A stretch of DNA of 29,079 nt. It comes from Polyangiales bacterium (lineage in GTDB: Bacteria; Myxococcota_A; Polyangia; Polyangiales; Houyiibacteriaceae). A program made the position numbers and the translations under genes. The notes under the pieces are model-generated. The model was not told the origin of the DNA and did not search any database. It saw nothing but the letters and a program-made list of their open reading frames with translations. Shown here in pieces: positions 8,880 through 17,161 of this stretch (positions are counted from its first letter, which is position 1; each line of letters starts with the position of its first letter). The stretch covers positions 1-29,079 of the forward strand of contig JBGCFM010000284.1 in assembly GCA_045106895.1 (NCBI GenBank), written 5' to 3'.

Positions 8880-10141
8880 GGCAACACCCGTCCACTGCGG
8901 AGCCGCAAGGTATACTGCGCAAAGCCGAGGTCGGCGCGAGCGCGGATGCGCCCCACCACGGCGTTTTGGAGGTCGTGGAGCGCCTGGAGCACATCGAGCT
9001 GCTGTCCTGTACCCGCGCGGTAGCGGGCGCGGGCCACGTCGAGCGCAAGCGTAAACTGGGCTTCGACGGCCGAAGCGGTCCGCGCGAGAACGCGATAGGC
9101 AAGCGTCCGCTCGTATGCGTCGATAATCCCGGTCGCCGCGTTCTGTCGTGCGTCCTCCAAGCGGGCGCGTGCAAGTTCCACTTCCGGGCTGCTCCTTCGT
9201 GCGTTGGCGATCATTCCCAAGTCGACTTGCCAGTTCAGTTCGACCCCGAGCCGCGCCGACACGGGCTGCCCAAATCCTGCGGCGTTCGTCGCACGGATTT
9301 CGGCAACTCCGTCGAGCCGAGGAAGCAGTCTGCGTCGCTCTGTGGTCTGCTTGTCTTCCGTCGCGTCCAGAGCGAACTCCGCTTGCCGAACTGAAGCGAG
9401 CCGGTCGACGTCGCGTAGCCAATAGGCGAGGACTCGTTCTTCGAGTGGCTCGACGTCGAGTTGGACGAGAACGTCTTCTACACCACATCGAGCGAGTGCT
9501 TCGAGGTCGCGTTGGATCAGTCGCTCATTGAGTCGGGCCGTGGCCAACGTGCCCTCCGTGCGCGCAACCTCCGCGCGACTTCGAACCACATCCAGCTCCG
9601 AAACCAAGCCCGCTTCTGCTCGCACCTCGGAGAACCGTAGATCTTCGCGAGCCACTTCGAGGGAACCAAACGCGGCCCGCCGGATGGCACGTTGTCCCAC
9701 CAGCGAAAACCACAACCGGCTCACCTCTTCCGCGACCTGCGCGCGAGACTCGTCGCGAGCAGCCCGACTCGCATTGAGGTTGGCATCCGCGCCGGCAATC
9801 TGCGCCCACGACTGCGAATCGACGAGCGGTATGCGCAGGCCCACGGAGCCATCAAGCTGGTGGACAGGGCTGATCACAATGTTCTCACCACCCATCTCCA
9901 GCTCCGCTGTGGGTTCATTGAACGTGTAGCGCGCGGCGGCTGTTAAAGTCGGTCCGAGAGATAGACGTGAGTCGTGAAGTTCAGCCTCCGCCGCGACCTC
10001 ACTGAGCCTGGCTTCGACGTTCGCGGTGCTTCGGTAGTTCGCTGACAGAATGAACACGCGCAACCCTTGCTGAGCGTCCGCAACTCGTGGCGAAAGCAGC
10101 AGGGCTCCGATCAGAACGGCGAGTCGCAACGCAAAGAGCAC
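8876..10141 (-). CDS. TolC-family outer membrane efflux protein
   Basis: Signal peptide ending ADA; two OEP-like repeats ('R.EAGLVSELDV', 'RYRAGTGQQLDV'); 421 aa. Confidence 0.88.
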   Translation of the reverse strand: MLFALRLAVLIGALLLSPRVADAQQGLRVFILSANYRSTANVEARLSEVAAEAELHDSRLSLGPTLTAAARYTFNEPTAELEMGGENIVISPVHQLDGSVGLRIPLVDSQSWAQIAGADANLNASRAARDESRAQVAEEVSRLWFSLVGQRAIRRAAFGSLEVAREDLRFSEVRAEAGLVSELDVVRSRAEVARTEGTLATARLNERLIQRDLEALARCGVEDVLVQLDVEPLEERVLAYWLRDVDRLASVRQAEFALDATEDKQTTERRRLLPRLDGVAEIRATNAAGFGQPVSARLGVELNWQVDLGMIANARRSSPEVELARARLEDARQNAATGIIDAYERTLAYRVLARTASAVEAQFTLALDVARARYRAGTGQQLDVLQALHDLQNAVVGRIRARADLGFAQYTLRLRSGRVLP

Positions 10142-10147
10142 GAAGCG

Positions 10148-10210
10148 AACGTAGGAACCTCAACGTCCAGCGTCTGTGGCGTAGATGTATCGTTTGTATC
10201 CACTTGTATG
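10148..10210 (-). promoter_or_regulatory. Conserved element, copy B, with extra CATACA repeat; putative activated promoter of the TolC operon
   Basis: Minus strand CATACA-N4-GATACA-N3-GATACA-N5-GCCACAGACG; CAGACG (10171-10176), 17-nt spacer, TACGTT (10148-10153), 6 nt, then the GTG start. Confidence 0.7.
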
Positions 10211-10314
10211 TGCTCGGGCATCCGTCACCTGGTTCAACTACAGTACGGCGGCGAGCATTTTGTCGGATGAGCTCCCCTACTCATAGCCCCGTTCACCTCA
10301 CCGAGGAACCCATC

Positions 10315-11007
10315 GTGTCTAGCCCAAAAGCGACAGTGCTCGTGGTCGAAGACGATCGAGATCTAGGGCAACTCGTGTGCCGTGTTCTAACGCGGGAAGA
10401 GTTCACACCCACCTTGGCCGTGCGAGGCGATGATGCGCTTGAGGAGGCAAAGAGGCTCAAGCCAAACCTGGTCATTCTCGACCTGATGCTGCCCGGCGTT
10501 GACGGATTTCAGGTCTGCCGTGAGTTGCGTGAGTGGTTTCGTGGTCCGATTCTGATGCTCACCGCTCGAGATGCGGACTTCGACCAGATCTTGGGCCTCG
10601 AACTCGGAGCCGATGACTACGTGATCAAGCCTGTGGAACCGCGTGTTCTGATCGCAAGAATCCGTGCCTTGCTCCGCCGAAGGTCGCCCGACTCTCAGGA
10701 TGTCGACGTTCACCACGGCTCGCTCCGAGTCAGCCTGACGGAGGGACGCGCGTTCGTGTTCAGCCAAGAGATCGACCTCACCACCGCCGAGGTGGAACTT
10801 CTCTCCTACCTGGCGCGACACGCCGGCGAAGTTCTCAGCCGAGAACTGCTCTACCAGGAGCTTCGCGGTATTTCGTACGATGGCATCGACCGCTCCATCG
10901 ATCTTCGGATTTCGCGTGTTCGTCGTGCGCTACGTGCTCTTGACTCGACGCTGAGACCAATACGCACGGTGCACGGTCGAGGCTATCTCTTTCGCAAAGC
11001 CCCATGA
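10315..11007 (+). CDS. OmpR-family response regulator (RstA/BfmR/ParR-like)
   Basis: Receiver 'VLVVEDD','ILDLMLPG','LTA','GADDYVIKP'; wHTH with 'YDGIDRSIDLRISR' and 'IRTVHGRGY'; GTG start after GAGGA RBS (alternative ATG 10267). Confidence 0.93.
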   Translation: MSSPKATVLVVEDDRDLGQLVCRVLTREEFTPTLAVRGDDALEEAKRLKPNLVILDLMLPGVDGFQVCRELREWFRGPILMLTARDADFDQILGLELGADDYVIKPVEPRVLIARIRALLRRRSPDSQDVDVHHGSLRVSLTEGRAFVFSQEIDLTTAEVELLSYLARHAGEVLSRELLYQELRGISYDGIDRSIDLRISRVRRALRALDSTLRPIRTVHGRGYLFRKAP

Positions 11008-12491
11008 CCCGGATCTTCGTACGACTCTACGGCGGAGTGGTGGTGGGCATGTTGCTGCTCTCACTCATGGTCTATCTCAGTGTAACGGGCTGGATTCTAC
11101 CCACCCGCAACCACGCGTTTGCGGCGAGTGCGCAAAGCTATCTCCGCGAAGTCGCCACGGAACTAGAGGGGACGAACGAGGAAGAGCGCCTCGAACGAGT
11201 GGCTCAGCGTGAGTCTGTTCAAGGCCGCCTCTTGGCGGTGGTCCCCCTGGATCTCGTCGACTTTACGTCTTCCGAGCTCGCGGCGCTGAATGATGGAAGA
11301 GCCGTGGTGCTCGGGAACGAACTCAGGCGATTCGCCTATGCACGCGTCGACAACGAATTCGTCGTTGAACTGGAGCTGCTTGGCGTTCGTTCCTTAGCAA
11401 CGCAATGGGCGTGGGCGGCAACCCCTTCCGAGCCAAGCGAGACAATCCAGCCAGATGTACTGACCGAGCTGGAACGGTACCGACTTCGCTACCGCCCCGT
11501 GTTGCTGAGCTCGGGGGGCTTCGATGATGTCGCTTTGGTACACCGCACAACTTCGGGCCAACTCGCGGTAGTGCGTACGAACGCTCCAAGCTCGGACTTC
11601 GTTCGCTTCGCTGTGCCCATCGGCTGCCTCCTGCTGACAGCAATCGGGCTCCTCATCACTCTGCGACCGATTCGCCGTGACTTAGACCTACTCGATGATG
11701 TGACCGAGAGGTTCGGTGCCGGCGACCTTCAAGTCCGAGCGAACTTCGACGGATCAGACGCAGTGAAGAAAGTCGGCCATCGCTTTGATAGTATGGCGGA
11801 TCGCATCGAGCGCCTCATCGCCAACAACGAAGAACTCATGCAGGCCGTGGCACATGAACTCCGTACGCCGCTCGGACGACTTCTTTTCTCTTTCGAGTTG
11901 ATGGAAGGAGCAGACTCAGACGAGCAGAACGAGTTGATGGAGACGATGAAACGCTCAGTTCACGAGCTAAAGTCGCTCACAAGCGAGATCCTTGACTACG
12001 CGCGCCTCGATTCAGAACACAGACGTATCACAGCAGAACCAACGACTATCGAGACGATTGCTCGCTGCGTCGCAAAGGCCCACCCGGATCCACGCCTCGT
12101 CGTCCGTTGCCACTCCGCTGAACTTCGGGCCGACGTACATCTGCTCGCGCGAGCCCTTGGCAATTTGGTGTCCAACGCCCTAAAGTTCGCGCGTAAGTCG
12201 GTGCTCGTAACCGGGGCCGCATCGGAGGGACGTATATGGATCGAGGTGCAGGACGACGGCCCAGGCATCTCCATCGAAGACAGAGATCGCGTCTTTCAGC
12301 CCTTCGTTCGACTCGACGACCAACGCGATGAGAACGACGGATCTGGCCTCGGCCTAGCCATCGCTCGCCGCATCATTCGTCTGCACGGAGGAACGCTAGA
12401 GGTGCTTGATTGGGCCCAGGGCTGCTGCTTTCGAATAGAACTTCCTGACGACGTGGGCGAAACTCCTGCCGTAACGACGAGCTCAGGATGA
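11004..12491 (+). CDS. Sensor histidine kinase (two TMs, HAMP, HisKA, HATPase; RstB-like)
   Basis: H-box AHELRTPL, N-box NLVSNA, G1 DDGPGI, F-box VFQPF, G2 GSGLGLAI; ATGA overlap with the regulator. Confidence 0.93.
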   Translation: MTRIFVRLYGGVVVGMLLLSLMVYLSVTGWILPTRNHAFAASAQSYLREVATELEGTNEEERLERVAQRESVQGRLLAVVPLDLVDFTSSELAALNDGRAVVLGNELRRFAYARVDNEFVVELELLGVRSLATQWAWAATPSEPSETIQPDVLTELERYRLRYRPVLLSSGGFDDVALVHRTTSGQLAVVRTNAPSSDFVRFAVPIGCLLLTAIGLLITLRPIRRDLDLLDDVTERFGAGDLQVRANFDGSDAVKKVGHRFDSMADRIERLIANNEELMQAVAHELRTPLGRLLFSFELMEGADSDEQNELMETMKRSVHELKSLTSEILDYARLDSEHRRITAEPTTIETIARCVAKAHPDPRLVVRCHSAELRADVHLLARALGNLVSNALKFARKSVLVTGAASEGRIWIEVQDDGPGISIEDRDRVFQPFVRLDDQRDENDGSGLGLAIARRIIRLHGGTLEVLDWAQGCCFRIELPDDVGETPAVTTSSG

Positions 12492-13844
12492 AGGATGCAC
12501 GCCGTGTTTCTTCGCGAGCTTATGCAGATACTTGCGGTCCATATCCGCCGCTCTCGCCGCCGCTGAGATATTGCCTTCGTGACGAGCCAATAGCCACGTG
12601 ACGTAGCGAAGCTCAAAGTCCGCTTCCATGGCGGACTTTGCGTCTCGGTAGCTAATGCTCTCATCGAACTCAGGGCGTATCTGGGGCGCGCGCATCAACG
12701 CCGGCGCCGGAAGGTCACCAAAACGAATCGCGGCGGCACCGGAGGAGCGCGCCAAGATCGCCGCTCGCTCGATGGCGTTGTGAAGCTCGCGCACGTTGCC
12801 TGGCCAATCATGTTCGGCCAGCGCGGAGAGAGCGGCGCGTTCCATCGTCAGGGGCTCCCCACCGGACTTGGTGCAGACGCGCTGCAGAATGGTCTCCGCC
12901 AAGAGCGCGATGTCCCCTCTACGTTCACGCACGGGCGGCACCGTCACCGGCGCGGCGGCGAGCCGGAAGTAGAGGTCCTCGCGGAACTTGCCGCGTTCCA
13001 CCTCGGCCAGGAGGTTTCGTTTGGACGCCGCCACCACACGAATGTCCACTTTGATCTCGCGGTTGCCTCCGACGCGCCGCAGCGAGCGTTGCTCCAAGAC
13101 GCGCAGCAGCTTGGGCTGCAGGTCCAAGGGAAGCTCCCCCACTTCATCGAGGAAGAGGGTGCCACCATGGGCGAGCTCAAAGGCGCCCGTTCGACGCTCC
13201 GTGGCGCCGCTGAATGAGCCTTTTTCGTGGCCGAAGAGCTCGCTCTCGATGAGCGAAGGCACCACCGACGCGCAGTCCACGATGACGAAGGGTGCTTTGG
13301 CACGCTGGCTCTCCGCGTGAATCGCGCGCGCCAGCGTGTCCTTTCCTGTGCCCGTCTCTCCGCCTAACAGCACGCTGACGTCACTCGGCGCGAGGCGCTC
13401 GAGGAGGCCAAAAATCTCGCGCATCGGGAGACTCTCGCCCACCGCTTCGCCGAAAAAGCACTTCTCACTCGGCAGAACTTCGACGCGCTCGCTGTAGGTG
13501 CGCACCTTCAGCTCGACTTTGCCCACGGTAACAATGGCGCCAGGGCGAAGGAACGCTTCGCGCACTTCAGCGCCGTCGAGGAGCGTGCCGTTCGTGCTCT
13601 TCTTGTCGCGCAGCAGAAAGCCCCGCGGTTCTCGGATGATCTCGCAGTGAAAGCGGGAGACGGTCTCATCGTCGAGGACAAAGTCGTTGTCCTTCGACTT
13701 TCCAATGCGCAGGTGCTCGTGCGCCATGACGTGCTCGTCGCCCCGTGCCCCTCCCGAGAGCACGACGATGGCGAGGCGCGGAAGCTCCACAACACGAGGT
13801 CGCCCGTGCTGCGTACCCACTCCGCGTGTCCCCTTCGCGCTCAT
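12483..13844 (-). CDS. FHA-domain sigma-54 enhancer-binding protein (FHA-AAA+-Fis HTH)
   Basis: FHA 'IGK...DFVLDD.TVSRFH...STNGT'; Walker [54 protein letters not shown] '[10 protein letters not shown]'. Confidence 0.93.
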   Translation of the reverse strand: MSAKGTRGVGTQHGRPRVVELPRLAIVVLSGGARGDEHVMAHEHLRIGKSKDNDFVLDDETVSRFHCEIIREPRGFLLRDKKSTNGTLLDGAEVREAFLRPGAIVTVGKVELKVRTYSERVEVLPSEKCFFGEAVGESLPMREIFGLLERLAPSDVSVLLGGETGTGKDTLARAIHAESQRAKAPFVIVDCASVVPSLIESELFGHEKGSFSGATERRTGAFELAHGGTLFLDEVGELPLDLQPKLLRVLEQRSLRRVGGNREIKVDIRVVAASKRNLLAEVERGKFREDLYFRLAAAPVTVPPVRERRGDIALLAETILQRVCTKSGGEPLTMERAALSALAEHDWPGNVRELHNAIERAAILARSSGAAAIRFGDLPAPALMRAPQIRPEFDESISYRDAKSAMEADFELRYVTWLLARHEGNISAAARAADMDRKYLHKLAKKHGVHPSS

Positions 13845-14257
13845 GAGCCTCGCTCGAAGAGAGAGATATGCACGCGGCCTTCTGTAGGCACGTCCAAGGC
13901 GCGTTCGATGGTGGTCCCGTCGTTGAACTCGGCGCTGACGGTGTAACGGCCCGGCGAGAGCGAGACGCTGGCGTCGATGGTCTCCTCGAGGCCCTCGCCG
14001 CGGTAGGTCGCGCCCCGCACCTCCTCGCCCTCGAAGACATAACGCACGTCCAGGACCTCATGACTGGCATGACCAGGTCCGAGCTCAAAGACGATGTCAA
14101 CATCTCGTGGATACGCCGAGCCGATCTCGCGCCCGATCAAAAGCAGCCCGGCGATGAGCACGAGGAATGCGAGCTTCGCTTTGTAGCGAAGGAAGAGCAC
14201 CAAGAGTGGTCGCCGCGCGACCGCCTCCGACCCCTTGTCCACGTTGGCATCCCCCAT
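13841..14257 (-). CDS. Hypothetical membrane-anchored protein with small beta-sandwich domain
   Basis: Single hydrophobic N-terminal segment then beta-rich domain; ATGA coupling with the EBP gene. Confidence 0.65.
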   Translation of the reverse strand: MGDANVDKGSEAVARRPLLVLFLRYKAKLAFLVLIAGLLLIGREIGSAYPRDVDIVFELGPGHASHEVLDVRYVFEGEEVRGATYRGEGLEETIDASVSLSPGRYTVSAEFNDGTTIERALDVPTEGRVHISLFERGS

Positions 14258-14314
14258 CGATGAAAAGCTACTTGGCTGCTCGCGAAAACGCTACCTCAGC
14301 GTTTCCGACGCCTC

Positions 14315-17032
14315 TCAGCTTCGCGCAACCAAGCGCACCGGCGCATCCAGCGCCGATAGCGCGTAGCCTTCGTCCACGGTTAGCAGCCGCGTCGGGGATG
14401 AAGGCTCTTCCTCGAGGATGGTCCGGAGACGGCGAACCGCCACGTGAACGCGTTTGGAGTCCCGAAGCTGATGGTAGTCGTCGATGCCCCAGACGACCTC
14501 AGCCACGCGACTCAGGGACGCGCCCTGTGGCTCGTCAAAGAGGCAGTTCAAAAGGCGGAGCGCCAAGGGGCTCACGGAGACTTGACGATCCGGCAGCGAG
14601 ATCAGCTTGGCTTCCGCGTCGAAACCCCAGGCTGCGCCAGGCGGCAAGGTCCCGCTCATGGCCTCGATATCATGTGTCCAGCGCGCGCGAAGACTTGTGA
14701 CCAAGAGCTCGTCCAAGGCGTCGCCGGACGCCTCGCCGCCCATCAAGGTCTGCGCCACGCGCGCCACCGTTGGCGAGACATCGCGTTGCTGCACAAGCGA
14801 GAGCAAGCGAGAGCAATCCGGCCGGTCCAAGAAGGAGAGCCGCAGCAGGCGAGCGATGGACCCGTAGCGTTTGGACCGAAGCGACGTTGAGAGCGCCTCC
14901 AGGGAATCCAGCGCGTGGGAGAGCCCCGACCAACGACCCAGTTTGAGTTGCGCGTAGCACTGGATGAGGAGCGCTTCGCCTTCGAAGAAGAAATAGCCCA
15001 GGCGGGCGGTTCGCTGAGTAACCGCGGCGGCGATGAGCAAGGCACGGTCGGCGTCTCCGCTCAAAAGCCTCACGTTGGCTTCCGTCAGGTCGCAGATGCA
15101 GTGGACCAAGGGACCATCGCCGGGGGCTGCTTTGGGCAACTCCTCCATTGCGATCCGCTCACCTCTGCGCGCGCGATGACTGACGCGCAACGATTGAATG
15201 TAGCGCTGAGGCACGCCCGTGGGGCTCGGAATATTGGGTGCCCAATCAAGCTCCGGGTGCTCCGCTGCGTTCCCAAGGTTCGCGACGCGCTCAAGCATGA
15301 ACGACCAGTGATAAAGAGGCGCGTTGCCCAATCGTTCCGCTTCTCGAACCATCTCTCGGGCTGTCTGGGAGAGACCTTTGTAACGCCCACGAGTGACGCG
15401 AAGGATGCCCTGAACCACCCCCGCAAGCACCGACGTGCTCGCGGGGACGTCGATGCGGCGGAGCGCGGCGATGATCTCCGCGGAGTGACCGTAGCGCCCG
15501 GAAGCCGCCAGGCGGATGCCCTGAAAAACGCGGCCCAAGGAGCCCAGGGAAGGCGTCGTCTCGACGCGCCTGTCATCCTTGAGCCCGAGTTGAAGCCGCA
15601 GCGCGCTGCGTTCAGCGCTCAGCTCGGCCTTGAGGGTCTCGCACCCAAAACGGACAGCGCGCTGTTCCAGCGAGTGAAGGAGAAGCTTGGCTTCGTCCCC
15701 TTGGTCCGCGTGATAGAGCGCCTTTGCGAGCTTTGAGTCACGCCGGAGCGCTTGCTCTTCGCCGTCCGCCACAATGGAACGCAAGACCCGAACGCTCTCC
15801 GCCGCTTCGCCCGCTTCGCACAAAGCCTCTCCGAGCAAGAGCGTCGTCCGCGATGTCGAATCTTCGCGGGTCTCGGCCCGTAGAAGCTCGGCGCGTAGAA
15901 CCTCAAGTGCGCGCCGAGCTCGGCCGCTTCGCAGCAGCCCCTCCGCCCAATCGAGGCGCGCGTTATATTCGGCGGGAGCGGGCTGTTCGGCGAGCCAATC
16001 CAGGGACGAGCGAGACCCAACGTCGACGGCGATGCGCATCTTTTCAACGGAGAGCGCGCCATGCTCCTCGGCAAAGAGGCTCCACAGACGCGGCCCAAGC
16101 CCCGCGTGGACCCAGCTTTGATATCCCGAGAGCAGCTCTTTCGCGCGTGTGATGTCTTGGTGTTCCAAGCTGATACGCAACGCATCGAGCTGCGACGAGG
16201 GCCTCTCACTCTCGGCGAGCGCCGACACCGCGTCCCGTGCCGCGCTGTGCTCCTCGTCGGGGCTCATCGATGCGCGCATGGCGTCCGAAGCGGCGTCGTG
16301 GAGACGCGCCAGACCTTCGCTCTCCGTGGCCAGGCCATGCTCCGCGAGCTCACTCCCGCGCTCGATGACGGGGTCGCGCATCAAAGAGAGCATCGCGAGC
16401 TGACGCAGACTCTCGGGAGAGAGTCCGTCGAGAAACGCCGTCGCGTCCGTAGACGCGCCGGCGTTCTGCGCCGCCGCCAGCTGCTTGATCCAAAACGGAA
16501 CGCCGCCGGTGTGCTCCGGCGCGTCCCGCATCCCACAGCGCTGAGCGAGCTCCATGGCTTCGGAGTCAGACAAGGGCTCAAGATGAATCGTACGCGCCTC
16601 TATCTCCGCGAGTGCGACAGGTCTTCGCGACGTAAAGATCCACCTGGAGACAAACGCGAAGCGAGACACAAGCTCACACCAACGCTCCGCGCTATCTTCG
16701 CTGAGGTTGTGCAGGTCATCGATGACGACCGTCAGCTCGGCGTTCTCTGCTCGTTCCAGCACGTACGCGGCTAACTCCTCGTCTCCTAACGCGGGCGCGC
16801 CGCCTTCGCCGATGGCCTGCAGAAGACCACGCCCCAGTTCTTCAAGGGTGTCCCCTTTGCGGCAGCGATGAAAGCGTGCCTCAACATCCGAGAGGGCGAC
16901 CTGAACGAGAGCGGTTTTTCCGATACCACCGGGACCACAGACCATGGCGAAGTGCCCGCCCGTGATGAAAGCGGTGAGCTGAGCGCGCTCTTTCTCCCGA
17001 CCCACAAAGAGCGCTGCACGACCGTTCACCAT
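14315..17032 (-). CDS. Large STAND-like regulator: N-terminal P-loop ATPase, helical/TPR-like middle, C-terminal OmpR-type winged helix
   Basis: 'FVGREKE', Walker A GPGGIGKT, Walker B VVIDD, 'TSR', 'GGVPF'; C-terminal 'VWG.......KRVHVAVRRLR..LE..PSSP.RLLTVDEGY'. Confidence 0.82.
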   Translation of the reverse strand: MVNGRAALFVGREKERAQLTAFITGGHFAMVCGPGGIGKTALVQVALSDVEARFHRCRKGDTLEELGRGLLQAIGEGGAPALGDEELAAYVLERAENAELTVVIDDLHNLSEDSAERWCELVSRFAFVSRWIFTSRRPVALAEIEARTIHLEPLSDSEAMELAQRCGMRDAPEHTGGVPFWIKQLAAAQNAGASTDATAFLDGLSPESLRQLAMLSLMRDPVIERGSELAEHGLATESEGLARLHDAASDAMRASMSPDEEHSAARDAVSALAESERPSSQLDALRISLEHQDITRAKELLSGYQSWVHAGLGPRLWSLFAEEHGALSVEKMRIAVDVGSRSSLDWLAEQPAPAEYNARLDWAEGLLRSGRARRALEVLRAELLRAETREDSTSRTTLLLGEALCEAGEAAESVRVLRSIVADGEEQALRRDSKLAKALYHADQGDEAKLLLHSLEQRAVRFGCETLKAELSAERSALRLQLGLKDDRRVETTPSLGSLGRVFQGIRLAASGRYGHSAEIIAALRRIDVPASTSVLAGVVQGILRVTRGRYKGLSQTAREMVREAERLGNAPLYHWSFMLERVANLGNAAEHPELDWAPNIPSPTGVPQRYIQSLRVSHRARRGERIAMEELPKAAPGDGPLVHCICDLTEANVRLLSGDADRALLIAAAVTQRTARLGYFFFEGEALLIQCYAQLKLGRWSGLSHALDSLEALSTSLRSKRYGSIARLLRLSFLDRPDCSRLLSLVQQRDVSPTVARVAQTLMGGEASGDALDELLVTSLRARWTHDIEAMSGTLPPGAAWGFDAEAKLISLPDRQVSVSPLALRLLNCLFDEPQGASLSRVAEVVWGIDDYHQLRDSKRVHVAVRRLRTILEEEPSSPTRLLTVDEGYALSALDAPVRLVARS

Positions 17033-17161
17033 TCGGCGGGATTCTTGCCCGCTTCACGCCGAAGCTCAAATGGATCGGATACAAGAGCGCCGAAGCTCCC
17101 CCCCCAAAGAGCTCCGGCGTCCTGTGTTGCTTTGCGAGCCTCGAGCGAGACTCGTTTGAGA

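Noticed and set aside
8880..9488. N-terminal extension of the permease ORF (likewise 7044-7379, 5310-5441, 10087-10266, 18180-18524, 26792-27070)
   Set aside because: These overlap real genes or promoters; downstream starts give coupling, signal peptides or RBS.
14286..14304. AAACGCT/AGCGTTT hairpin as a terminator
   Set aside because: Weak stem, no separate U tract; possible but unsupported.
12483..14314. Sigma-54 promoter near the EBP gene
   Set aside because: No convincing TGGCAC-N6-TTGC in the intergenic regions examined.
14315..17032. Avs/STAND antiphage system
   Set aside because: No N-terminal nuclease/TIR/SIR2 effector; the C-terminal winged helix fits a transcription regulator; no defence genes nearby.
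17078..17083. Single GATACA as a third regulon site
   Set aside because: Lone hexamer with none of the rest of the 29-bp element; expected by chance.
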